Shown here piece after piece: positions 12,583 to 24,894 of a stretch of DNA of 64,000 bases. The DNA lies in assembly GCA_030390025.1 (NCBI GenBank), contig JASTWF010000340.1, positions 434,001 to 498,000 on the forward strand, in the 5' to 3' direction. The stretch comes from Squalus acanthias (taxonomy: Eukaryota). The stretch's first letter is position 1, and each line of letters starts with the position of its first letter. A model generated the notes under the pieces. It was not told where the DNA came from. It searched no databases and worked only from the letters and a program-made list of their open reading frames with translations. The position numbers and the translations under genes are program-made.

Positions 12583-12960
12583 CGGAGACGGGGCTGATTG
12601 TACACCCTGTGTTCATGCCCAGTGAGACTGCACACCAGGAGCAGAGCCTGGTCAATGTGACCCTGTGACACCTCGAGTGGGAGGGGCTCCGGCTGCTTTG
12701 TGACTTCGCTCCTTGCTGCTGTGTGATGTCACCTGGAGACAGTGCCCCGCCCCTGGTTACGGCCCATCAGTGGGATGTCAGTGTGGGAGGAGCTGGAGTG
12801 ACAGCTGACACTGGGAGTGAGTTTTCCCAATAAACAGGGCAATGGACAGAATAGAACAATATAATAAAGTTAGTAATTCAAACACTCATTAATTGCAAAA
12901 ATAATCACATTGAATATAAATTTGGTCACACAAATGCCCCCCCTATATTCTGGGATTAAT
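12583..12960 (+). repeat. Low-copy duplicated module, copy A (promoter/first-exon-like)
   Basis: Highly similar to 13471-13855 and in part to 22771-23030. Contains TGATGTCA, an X-box-like GTCACCTGGAGAC, a GC box CCCCGCCCC and a donor-like GTGAGT at 12817. Confidence 0.85.
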
Positions 12961-12984
12961 GGCTTCGGTCTTCCCAATATTTAC

Positions 12985-13215
12985 TTGGAGAAACTTTTGC
13001 TCATGTCGGTCAAGCAGTCTAAAAATTTAGACACCGTGGAGGGGAAGAGAGAAGAGGTAGTGAGTTAGAGATGGGTGTCGTCAGCGTACAAGTGGAAACT
13101 GACTGTGTTTCTGGATGATGTCACCAAGGGGCAACATGTGGATGAGAAATAGGAGGGGAGGCAAGGAGAGATCCTTGGGGGACACCAGAGGTAACGATGT
13201 GGGAGCAGGAAGAGA
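12985..13215 (-). mobile_element. L2 LINE RT fragment
   Basis: The reverse strand gives IVTSGVPQGSLL...LFLIHMLPLGDII...YADDTHL across frameshifts. Confidence 0.75.
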
Positions 13216-13470
13216 GACTGACTGATATTCTGGTCTTTTCCGCACAGTATGATCCCAGCCCCAAACGGATCCCTCCCTGTGGAGAGAGAGAGAGAGAGAG
13301 GCAGAGACAGTGAGGGAGCAGATACGTAGAGAAGGAAAGAAATACTGGGGTAGAGTTTGACGTTTTGTAGGTGCTATAGTACAAACCGGGTAATTGTGAA
13401 TCAGCCATCCATTTTACACCGATGGAAATAAAACTCGGGAGAGATGCAGGGCAGGATCCCGGTTCAATCA

Positions 13471-14320
13471 CGGAGACGGGGCTGATTGTACACCCTGTGT
13501 TCATGCCCACTGAGACTGCACACCAGGAGCAGAGCCTGGTCAATGTGACCCTGTGACACCTCGAGTGGGAGGTGCTCCGGCCTCTTTGTGACATCGTTCC
13601 GAGCTGCTGTGTGATGTCACCTGGAGACAGGGCCCCGGCCCTGGTTACGGCCCATCAGTGGGATGTCGGTGTGGGAGGAGCTGGAGTGACAGCTGACACT
13701 GGGGGTGAGGTTAGTCCGAATAAATAGGGCAATGGACAGAAAAGAGCTATTCATTATTAAAGTAAGTAATTCAAACACACTGATCAATAGCAAAAATAAT
13801 CAAATTGAATATAATTATGGTCACAAAAATGCTCCCCCTGTATTCTGGAATTAATATGAATCATTTTTCTATTGACAGTCTCTGGGAGTGAGCAATATCT
13901 CAGGAAGGTGGAGAGAGAGAAGTCGAATCATCGCCTCACTGACTGGGACTAGAGAAATGTCGCTGGGTTCACAGAGCAGATCCGGCGGGATCGAGAACCC
14001 CAGTGTCGGAGATGGGATAAAACGGGAAGCTTCAACAATGATTGGAAAGGTGAGGAACTTTACTGAGAATCCCATCAGTCCAGGATTTTGCTGAGGTGAG
14101 AGTCTAACCAGATACTGGGAGCTGTTCAACATCTGCCATCAGGCTCGGCCTTTGGTGTGGCAAGTTGAGCGGAGCTTAACTCGTAGATAAACCTTGCCCA
14201 TACCTCACCCGGGAGTGTTTGACACTTGCATGTAGTGAGATCTTTATTCTGTATTCATCCCATGCTGTAGCCGAGCTGGTTGTGCTTCATTGGGTAGTGT
14301 CAAGGGAGCTGTACGCTGCA
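13471..14320 (+). repeat. Low-copy duplicated module, copy B (includes exon-like 13879-14095)
   Basis: Matches copy A over 13471-13855 and copy C over about 13605-14320. TTTTTCTATTGACAG acceptor ends at 13878, GAG|GTGAG donor at 14096. Confidence 0.85.
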
Positions 14321-14329
14321 CATGCTGTA

Positions 14330-14950
14330 TTAGAGGGAATTTGCATGTCACCCGCGCTGTACCTGCTCTGCGAGTGTTTGAGTGGACAGTGTAGAGGAAG
14401 GTTTAGTCTGTATCTGTCTATCTAACCCGGGCTGTTCGTGCCCTTGGACTGTTTGATTGGGCATTGTAAAGGGAGCTTTATTCTGTATCTCTCTATCCAA
14501 CCCGTGCTGTACCTGCCCTTGGACTGTTTGATTGGACAGTGTAAAGGGAGCTTTACTCTGTATCTCTCTATCTAACCCGTGCTATACCTGCCCTTGGACT
14601 ATTTGATTGGGCAGTGTAAAGGGAGCTTTACTCTGTATCTCTCTATCTAACCCGTGCTATACCTGCCCTTGGACTATTTGAATGGGCAGTGTAAAGAGAG
14701 CTTTACTCTGTATCTCTCGATCTAACCGGTGCTATACCTGCCCTTGGACTGTTTGATTGGGCAGTGTAAAGAGAGCTTTACTCTGTATCTCTCTATCTAA
14801 CCCGTGCTATACCTGCCCTTGGACTGTTTGATTGGGCAGTGTAAAGGGAGCTTTACTCTGTATCTCTCGATCTAACCTGTGCTATACCTGCCCTTGGACT
14901 ATTGGACTATTTCATTGGGCAGTGTAAAGGGAGCTTTACTCTGTGTATAA
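14330..14950 (+). repeat. 75-bp variant of the 67-bp shark satellite
   Basis: GTAAAGGGAG at 14541 and 14616. The unit is the 67-mer plus an 8-bp TCTCTCTA-type insertion. Confidence 0.9.
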
Positions 14951-15054
14951 CTCATGCTGCATGCAGGAAGATTGTGGCAAATGGAATTCAATCCGGAGAA
15001 GTGTGAGGTGATGCATTTGGGGAGGGCTAACAAGTCAACGGATCCTACACTGAG

Positions 15055-16110
15055 GAACATAGGAAAAGGAGTCGGCCATTCAGCCCCTCGAGCCTGTTGC
15101 CCCATTCAATGCGATCATTGACTGATCTGCTATCTAACTCCATAAACCCACCTTTGGCCCATATCCCTTCATACCTTTGGTTAACAAAAAGCAATAAATC
15201 TCCGATTTAAAATTAACAATTTATCTAGCATCCACTTCCGTTTGTGGAAGAGAGTTCCAAATTTCTACCACATTGTGTGTCGAAGTGTTTCCTAATTTCA
15301 CTCCTGAAAGGACTGCCTCTAATTCTTAGACTGTGCCTCCTGTCCTAGTATCCCCACCAATGGAAATAGTTTCTCGCTATCTACTCTATCTGTTCCCCTT
15401 AATATCCTGAAAACTTCGCTCAGATCACCCCTTAACCTTCTAAATTCTAGGGAATAGAACCCTAATTTGTGTAATCTCTCCTCGTAACTGAACCCTTGAA
15501 GGCTGGGTATCATTCTGGTAAACCTGCGCTGCACTCCCTCCAAGGCCAATATATCCTTCCTAAGGTGTGGAGCCCAGAACTGCTCACAGTACTCCAGGTG
15601 TGGTCTAACCAGGGTTTTGTATAGCTGCAGAATAACTTCTACCTCTTGTAATCTAGTCCTTTAGATATAAAGACCAGCTTTCCATGAGCCTTTTTGATTA
15701 TTTTCTGTACCTGTCCATGACATTTTAATGATCTATGTATCTGGACCCCCCAAGTCTCTTTGGACATCCACTCTTTTTAGCTTCTCACCATTTAGAAAGT
15801 AACCTGTTCTATCCTTTCAGGGTCCAAAGTGATTGCCCTCACATTTGCTTACATTGAAATCCATTTGCCATAGTTTTGCCCATTCCCTCAATCTGTCAAT
15901 ATCCCTTTGTAATTTTATGGTTTCACCTACACTGCCTACAATGCTGCCTATCTTTGTGACATCGGCAAATTTGTGTATATGACTTTCTATGACATCACCT
16001 AAGTCATTAATAAATATTGTGAAAAGCTGAGGCCCCAAAACACAGCCCTGCCGGACACCAGGAGTCACATCCTGCCAATTTGAGTACCTACCCATTATCC
16101 CTACGCTGTA
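15055..16110 (-). mobile_element. CR1 LINE 3' ~1 kb (RT C-terminal half and 3' UTR)
   Basis: ORFs give WQDVTPGVRQGCVLGPQLFTIFINDL...KFADVTK and LEGVQRRFTRMIPSLQGFSYEERL. Confidence 0.92.
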
Positions 16111-16119
16111 TCCTGATGC

Positions 16120-16445
16120 TTTATAAAGGGTTATAAACGATTATGCTGGATTATAAATTATTATAAATGAATATAAAGTATTATAATGATATATAAAGGT
16201 TGATAATAGAATATAAAGGGTTATGATGAATGGTTAAGGAATATAAAGGGTGGTTATGATCGACAAAGGCTTATAAATTGTTATAATGATTGACAAAGGA
16301 TTATAAAGGGATTTGAATGGGGTACAAAGTGATGCAAAATATGATAAAGGGACATGACCCTTTATAAATCATTATAATCCTCAATAACCCGTTGTACACC
16401 TTTTGTAAATGATTATTAATGATTCTAACTTTATAAAGAGTTATG
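16120..16445. repeat. AT-rich low-complexity (TTATAA/TAATGA) tract
   Basis: Degenerate short-period repeat. A complementary-type tract lies at about 60980-61120. Confidence 0.7.
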
Positions 16446-16446
16446 A

Positions 16447-19400
16447 GGCTCCCACTACACTGTCCCATCAAACAGTCCCAGTGCAGGTACAGCATTTGTT
16501 AGATACTTAGTAAAGATCCCTCTGCACTGTCCCATCAAACACTCGCAGGTTAGGTACAGCATGGGTTAGATATACAGTAAAGCGCACAATACACTGGCCG
16601 TCAAACACTCCCAGGGCAGGTACAGCAAGGTTCAGATACAGAGTAAAGCTCCCATCAAACACTCACATGTCAGGTACAGTGCAAGTAAGATACAGAGTAA
16701 ATCTTCCTCTACACTTTCCGATCAATGACTCCCAGGGCAGATACAGCACGGGTTAGATACTGAGTAAAGCTCCCTCTACACTGTCGTTTCAATACCTGTC
16801 AGGGCAGGTATATCACAGTTTAGCTGCAGAGTAAAGATCATTCTAAAAGGACCCATCAAACACTCCCAGGGCAGCTACAGCACAGGGTAAGATACAGAGT
16901 AAAGCTTCCTCTACTCTGTCCCATCTAACTGTCCCAGGCAAGTACAGCCCGGGTTACATACCGAATAAAGCTCCCTCTATATTATCCCATCAAACACTCC
17001 CAGGTCAGGTACAGCACAGGTAAGATACAGAGTAAGGTTGCCTCTACACTGTTGCATCAAACACTCTCAGGCCAGTTACAGCACGGGTTATATGCAGAGT
17101 AAAGATCCCTCTACAGAATCCCATCAAACACGCCCAGGGCAGGTACAGCAATGGTTAGATATAGAGTAAAGCTCCCACTGCACTGTCCCATCAAACACTC
17201 GCAGGGCAGTTAGTGCATGGGTTAGGTACAGAGTAAAGTTCCTTGTATACTATCACATCAAACACTCCCAGGCCTGGTACTGCACGGGTAAGATGCAGAG
17301 TAAAGCTGCCTCTACACTGTTGCATCAAACAATCCCAGGTCAGGTACAGCACGGATTAGATACAGAGTAAAGCTCCCTCTACACTGCCCCATCAAACACT
17401 CCCAGGGCAGGTACAGCACGGGTTAGATACTAGTAAAGCTCCCTGTATACTATCACATCAAACATTCCCAGGACAGGTACAGCACAGGTAAGATGCAGAG
17501 TAAAGATCCCTCCACAGAATCCCATCATACACTCCCAGGGCAGGTACTGCAATGGTTAGATATAGAATAAAGCTCCCTCTACACTGTCCCATCAAACACT
17601 CGCTGGGCAGTTAGTGCATGGGTTAGTTACAGAGTAAAGTTCCCTCTACACTGTCCCATCAAACACTCCCAGGGCAGGTACTGCAATGGTTAGATATAGA
17701 ATAAAGCTCCCTCCACACTGTCCGATCAAACACTCGCTGTGCAGTTAGTGCATGGGTTAGTTACAGAGTAAAGCTCCCTCTACACTGTCCCATCAAACAC
17801 TCGCAGGGCAGGTAGTGCACGGGTTAGGTACAGAGTAAAGCTGCCTTTACAAAGACCCATCAAATACTTCCAGGCCAGGTACAGCACGGGTAAGATGCAG
17901 ATTTAAGATACCTCTACAGAATCCCATCATACAATCCCAGGGTAGGTACAGCACAGGTTAGATACCGAATAAAGCTCCCTCTATACTATCCCATCAAACA
18001 GTGCCAGGCCAGCTACAGCTCAGGTAAGATACAGAGTAAAGCTTCCTCGACACTGACCCATCAAACTTTCTCAGGCAGGTACAGTCCGCGTTAGATACCG
18101 AATAAAGCTCCCTATACACTGTCCCATCAAACACTCGCAAGGCAAGTACAGCACAGGTTAGATATAGAGTAAAACTCCATCTTCACTGTCGCATCTAACA
18201 CTCGCAAGGCAAGTAGTGCATGGGTTAGGTACAGATTAAAGCTCCCTTTACACTCTCCTATCAAAAACCTCCAGGGCAGTTACAGAACAGTTTAGATGTA
18301 GAGTAAATCTTGCTGGACACTGACATCAAACATTTCCAGGGCAGGTACAGCCGGGGTTGGATACAGAGTAAAGCTCCCTTCACATTGTGCCATCAAACAG
18401 CCCCATGGCATGTACAGCACTGTTTTGATAGAGTAAAGCTCCCTCATCACTGTCGCATTAAATACTCACAGGGCAGGTAGTGCACGGGTTAGGTACAGAG
18501 TAAAGCTCCTTCTACAAAGACCTATCGAACACTCACAGGGCAGGTACAGCACAGGGATTGATGCAAAGTAAAGCTCCCTCTACAAAGACCCATCAAACAC
18601 TCCCAGGGCAGGTACTGCAATGGTTAGATATAGAATAAAGCTCCCTCTACGCTGCCCCATCAAACACTCGCAGGGCAGGTCGTGCACGGGTTAGGTACAG
18701 AGTTAAGCTGCCTTTACAAAGACCCATCAAATACTCCCAGGCCAGGTACAGCACGGGTTAGATGCAGATTTAAGATACCTCTACAGAATCCCATCATACA
18801 ATCCCAGGGTAGGTACAGCACAGGTTAGATAACGAATAAAGCTCCCTCTATACTATCCCATCAAACACTGCCAGGCCAGCTACAGCTCAGGTAAGACACA
18901 GAGTAAAGCTTCCTCTACACTGACCCATCAAACTTTCTCAGGCAGGTAAAGACCGCGTTAGATACCAAGTAAAGCTCCCTCTACACTGTCCCATCAAACA
19001 CTCACAGGGCAAGTAGTGCATGGGTTAGGTACAGAGTAAAGCTCCCTTTACACTGTCCTATCAAAAACCTCCAGGGCAGTTACAGAACAGTTTAGATGCA
19101 GAGTAAATCTTGCTGGACACTGACATCAAACATTTCCAGGGCAGGTACAGCCCGGGTTGGATACAGAGTAAAGCTCCCTTCACATTGTGCCATCAAACAG
19201 CCCCATGGCATTTACAGCACTGTTTTGATAGAGTAAAGCTCCTTCATCACTGTCGCATTAAATACTCCCAGGGCAGGTACAGCACGGGTTAGATACAGAT
19301 AAAGCTCCCTCATCACTGTCGCATTAAATACTCCCAGGGCAGGTACAGCACGGGTTGGGTACAGAGTAAAGCTCCCTCTACAAATACACATCAAACACTT

Positions 19401-19462
19401 CCAGGCCAGGTACAGCACGGTTTAGATACGGAGTAAAGCTCCCTCTACCCTGTTCCATCAAA
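16447..19462 (-). repeat. 67-bp satellite array, about 45 diverged units
   Basis: Unit GAGTAAAGCTCCCTCTACACTGTCCCATCAAACACTCCCAGGGCAGGTACAGCACGGGTTAGATACA, the reverse complement of the 23500-23990 array. Confidence 0.95.
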
Positions 19463-22400
19463 TTAGAGAGATGAATGCGTAGCTCAAAGACTGGTATGGG
19501 AGAAATTGGTTTCGCTTCCTGGGGCACTAGCCCCATTACTGGGGAAAGTGGGATCTGTACCGTTCGGTTGGTCTTCACCTGAACCGTGCTGGGACCAGTG
19601 TTCTGGCGAGTCATATAACTAGGTCGGTAGAGAGGGCTTTCAACTAAATATTGGGGATCAAATCTGGGAAGATGTGGTAATTCAAAGAGTAGAAACAAGA
19701 CAGGAGAGAAAGGTATTAATATGGGAAATGATAAACAGACCGTGACGGGAAGGGATAGAGAGTACAAATCTAAGAGTAAATCAACAGATAAGGCTAAAGC
19801 TTACCAAAATAATAAAAGGACAAAACTAAAGGCTCTGTATCTGAATGCACGAAGCATTCGAAACAAAACAGATGAACTGATGGCGCAAATAGAATTAAAT
19901 AAGTACAATCTGATAGCCATTACAGAGACATGGCTGCAGGATGACAAACATTGGGACCTGAATATTGAAGGGTACATGATATTTAGGAAAAAGTGGAGGG
20001 GTGGCTCTGTAAATTAATAATGGTATTAGCGCAATAGAGGGGTGACTTCAGTTCAGGAAACCAGGATGTAGAAGCGGTTTGGGTAGAGATGAGAAATGAT
20101 GAAGCAAGAAGTCACTTGTGGAAGTGGTGTACAGGCCCCCTAACAGTAACCACACGTTAGGATGGAGTATCAAGGAAGAAATAATGGGAGCTTGTCAGAA
20201 AGGTACGGCAATAATCATGGGGAATTTGAATCTACATATAGATGGAAAAATCAGATGGGCAAAGGTAGCCTAGATGAGGAGTTCATAGAATGTTTTTGGG
20301 ACAGTTTCTTAGAACAGCACGTTCTGGAGCCAACCAGAGAGCAGGCTATAGTAGACCTGGTATTGTGAAACAAGATAAGATTAATGAATGACCACATAGT
20401 GAAGGTGCCCCTAGGTCGCAGCGATCATAATATGATTGAATTTTACATTCAGTTTGAGGGAGAGAAGATTTGGTCCAAGAATAGTTTTTTTAACTTGAAT
20501 AAGGGCAATTATGAGGGCATGATAGCAGAGCTAGCTAAAGTGAACTGGCAAACTAGATTAAGCGATAGGTCAATAGAGCTGCAGTGGCAGACATTTAATG
20601 GGATATTTCAGAATACACAGAATAGATCCATTCCAACGAGAAATAAAAATTCCAAGGGGAGGACCCACCATCTGTGGTTAACTAAAAAAGTTAAAGATAG
20701 TATCAAACTTAAAGAAAAAGCATATAATTGTGCAAAGATGGGTGGCAGGTCAGAAGATTGGACAGAATATAAACAAACAGCAAAGAATTACTAAAAGATT
20801 AATAAGGGGAGAAAAATTAGAGTACGAGAAAAAGCTAGCTAGACATATAAAAACAGATTGTAAGAGTTTCTATAGATATTCTAAAAAGAAAAGAGTTCAC
20901 AAAGGGAGCGTTGGTGCTATACAAAGTGAGACTGGGGAATTAATAATGGAAAATAAGGAGATGGCAGTTGAATTGAACAGGTATTTTGCATCGGTCTTCA
21001 CTATAGAGGATACAAGTAACATCCCAGAAACAGCTGTAAATCAGGAAATGGAAGGGAGGGAGGAAGTCAGGAAAATTACAATCACCAGGGAAGTAGTACT
21101 GAGGAAATTGTTGGAGATGCGGGCTGACAAGTCCCCGGGTCCTGATGGACTTCATCCTAGGGTCTTAAAAGAAGTAGCTGGTGAGATAGTTGATGCGTTG
21201 GTTTTAATTTTCCAAAATTCCCTAGATTCGGGGAAGGTTCCATTAGATTAGAAAATAGCGATTGTAACTCCTTTATTCAAAAAGGGAGGGAGACAGAAAG
21301 CAGGAAACTACAGGCCAGTTAGCTTAACACCTGTCTTGGGGAAGATGCTAGAAACTATTATTAAAGACGTTATAGCAGGGCACTTGTAAAAGTTCAAGGT
21401 AATCAGGCAGAGTCAGCATGGCTTTGAGAAACCAATTTATTGGAGTTCTTTGAGGAAGTAACATGTGCTGTGGATAAAGGGGAAGCGTTGGATGTACTGT
21501 ACTTAGATTTCCAGAAGGCATTTGATAAGGTGCCACATCAAAGGTTATTTCGGAAAATAAAAGCTCATGGGGTAAGGGCTAACATATTGGCATGGATAGA
21601 AGATTGGCTAGCTAACAGGAAACAGATTGTAGGCATAAATGGGTCATTTTCTGGTTGGCAAGATGTAACGTGTAGTGTGCCACAGGGATAATGCTGGGAC
21701 GTCAACTTTTTACAATTTATATAAATGACTTGGATGAAGGGACCGAAGGTATGGTTGCTAAATTTGCTGATGACAAAAAGATAAGTAGGAAAGTAAATTG
21801 TGAAGAGGACATATGGAGGCTACAAAGGTATATAAATAGGTTAAGTGAGTGGGCAAAGATCTGGCAAATAGAGTATAATGTGTGAAAATGTGCAAACGTG
21901 CATTTTGGCAGGAAAAATAAAAAATAAGCATATTATCTAAATGGTGAGAGATTGCAGAGCTTTGAGATGCAGAGGGTTCTGGGTGTCCTAGTGCAAGAAT
22001 CGCAAAAGGTTAGTATGCAGGTACAGCAAGTAATTAGGACAGCTAATAGAATGTTAACGTTTATTGCGAGGGGAATTGAATACAAAAGTAGGGAGTTTAT
22101 GCTTCAGTTATAGAGGGCATTGGTGAGACCACATCTGGAGTACTGAGTACAGTATAAGTCTCCTTATTTAAGGAAGGATGTAAATGCATTGGAAACAGTT
22201 CAGATAAGGTTTACTAGACTAATACCTGGAATGGGCGGGTTGTCTTATGAGGAAAGGTTGGGCAGGCTAGGCTTGTATCCACTGGAGTTTAGAAGAGTAA
22301 GAGGTAACTTGATTGAAACCTATAAGATCCTGAGGGGTCTTGCCAGGGTGGATGCGGAGAGGATGTTTCCTCTTGTGGGAGAATCTAGAACTAGGGGTCA

Positions 22401-22688
22401 CTGTTTAAAAATAATGGAGCGCCCATTTTAGACAGAGATGAGGGGAATTTTTTTCTCAGAGGGTCGTGAGTCTTTGGAACTCTCTTCCTCAGAGGGCGGT
22501 GGAAGAAGAGTCTTTGAATATTTTTAAGGCGGACGTAGATAGATTCTTGATAAGCAAGGGGGTGAAAGGTTATCGGGGGTTGGACGGGAATGTGGAGTAA
22601 TCAGATCAGCCATGATCTTATTGAATGGCGGAACAGGCTTGAGGGGCCGAATGGCCGACTCCTGCTCCTAATTCGTATGTTCGTTATG
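19463..22688 (+). mobile_element. CR1 LINE: end of ORF1 plus essentially complete but decayed ORF2 (APE endonuclease and RT) and 3' tail
   Basis: Motifs LKALYLNARSIRNK, IAITETWL, PLGRSDHN, DKSPGPDGLHPRVLKE, YLDFQKAFDKVPH, KFADD and VQIRFTRLIPG. Many stops and frameshifts. Tail ATTCGTATGTTCGTTATG. Confidence 0.95.
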
Positions 22689-22770
22689 TACCTGCCCCGG
22701 GGGGATTGGGAGGGGCTTGGCCGCTTTAACATTTTTCCAGGCTGCTCTTTGATTGATTGGCTCCCTGCTC

Positions 22771-23468
22771 CTGTGTGATGTCACTTGGAAACAGGGCCCC
22801 GCCCCTGGTTACGGCCCATCAGTGGGATGTCAGTGTGGGAGGAGCTGGAGTGACAGCTGACACTGGCAGTGAGTTTAGTCCCAATAAACAGGGCAAAGGG
22901 CTGAAAGGAACAATTTAATATTAATGTAAGTAATTCAAACACACATTAATGGCAAATATAATGAAATTAGATACAATCCCAGTCACAAAAACAGCCCCAC
23001 TGTATTCCAGGTACAGGATCTGGGATTAATATGAATCATTTTTCTATTGACAGTCTCTGGGAGTGAGCAATATCTCAGGAAGGTGGAGAGAGGGAAGTCG
23101 AATCATCGCCTCACTGACTGGGACTAGAGAAATGTCGCTGGCTTCACAGAGCAGATCTGGTTGGACCGAGACCCCCGTGTCGGAGACGGGATAAAACGGG
23201 AAGCTTCAACAATGATTGGAAAGGTGAGGAACTTTACTGAGAATCCCATCAGTCCAGGATATTGCTGAGGTGAGAGTCTACCCAGGTACTGGGAGCTATT
23301 CAACATCTGCCGTCAGGCTCAGCTTAACTCGGAGATAAACCTTGCCCGTACACCACCCGGGAGTGTTTGACACTTGCATGTAGTGAGATCTTTATTCTGT
23401 ATTCATCCCATGCTGTACCCGAGCTGGTTGTGCTTCATTGGGTAGTGTCAAGGGAGCTGTACGCTGCA
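22771..23468 (+). repeat. Low-copy duplicated module, copy C (exon-like 23054-23269)
   Basis: Collinear with 13605-14320. Preceded by an inverted CCAAT (GATTGG, ~22755). GTCACTTGGAAAC X-box-like motif, GC box, donor GTGAGT at 22869. Followed by 67-bp satellite, as copy B is. Confidence 0.85.
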
Positions 23469-23514
23469 TTGAACACATGATGAATCAGAGTTGGTTGTGT
23501 TGATGAACCAAATT

Positions 23515-23988
23515 GCAGGGAACTTTACTCTGTAGCTAATCCGTGCTGTACCTGCCCTGGGAATGTTTGGTGGGGCAGTGTAGAGGGAACTTTACTCTGT
23601 ATCTAACCTGTGCTGTACCTGCCCTGGGAGTGTTTGATGGGACAGTGTAGAGGGAGCTTTACTGAGTATCTAATCCGTGCTGTACCTGCCCTGGGAATGT
23701 TTGGTGGGGCAGTGTAGAGGGAGCTTTACTCTGTATCTAATCCGTGCTGTACCTGCCCTGGGAATGTTTGGTGGGGCAGTGTCGAGGGAGCTTTACTCTG
23801 TATCTAACCCACTGTACCTGCCCTAGGAATGTTTGGTGGGGCAGTGTAGAGGGAGCTTTACTCTGTATCTAACCCGTGCTGTCCCTGCCCTGGGAGTGTT
23901 TGATGGGACAGTGTAGAGGGAGCTTTACTTTGTATCTAACCCACTGTACCTGCCCTGGAGGTATTTGATGAGAGCTTTACTCTGTAAC
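23515..23988 (+). repeat. 67-bp satellite array, about 7 units
   Basis: TAGAGGGA at 23581 and 23648. Confidence 0.93.
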
Positions 23989-23994
23989 AGGGGA

Positions 23995-24815
23995 TTACAT
24001 GGGGTACACAGCACAGAACCAGGCCATTCGGCCCAACCAGTCCATGCCAGCTTTTATGCTCCACTCGAGCCTCCTCCCGTCTTACTTCACCTAATTCTAT
24101 CAGCGTAACCCTCTATTCCCTTCTCCCACATATGCTTATCTAACTGCCCCTTAAATGCATCAATACTATTCGCTTCAACCACTCCCTGTGGTAGTGAGTT
24201 CCACATTCTCACCACTCTCTGGGTAAAGAGGTTTCTTCTGAATTCCCTTATTGATTTCTTGGTGACGACCTTATATTGATGGCCTCTAATTTTGCTGTTC
24301 CCCACAAGTGGAAACATTCTCTCTGTATCCACTCCATCAAAACTTTTCCTCATTTTAAAGACCTCTATCTGGTCAACCCTCAGCCTTCAAGAGAAAGGAG
24401 ACCCAGCCTGTTCATCCTTTCCTAATATGTGTACCTTGCTTTTCTGGTATTATCCGTGTAAATCTTCTCTGCACCCTCTCCAGTGCCTCTGTCCTTTTTT
24501 ATAATACAGCGACCAGAACTGTACGCAGCACTCCAAGTGTTGTCTCACCAAGGTTCGATACAAGTTTAGCATAAATTCGCTACTTTTCAATTCTACCCCT
24601 CCAGATATAAACCCGAGTGCTTGGTTAGCTTTTTATGGCCTTATTAACCTGATCGCTACTTTCAGTGATGTGTGTATTTGTACTCCGAGATTCCTTTGCT
24701 CCTCGACCCCATTTAGATTCTTATTTTCCAAGTAATATGTGACCTCTCTACTTTTCTTAAAATGTAATACCGCAGATTTATCTGTTAAATTGCATTTGCC
24801 AATTATTTGCCCATT
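23995..24815 (-). mobile_element. CR1 LINE 3' fragment
   Basis: FRRNLFTQRVVRMWNSLPQGVVEANSIDAFK. The 5' edge reads WANNWQMQFN at about 24815. Confidence 0.9.
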
Positions 24816-24894
24816 TATAGAGCTATTAGAAATACATAATAAATAATATCCATCAGTAATGCAAATGTATGGCTATAACTATAATATTTATGTC

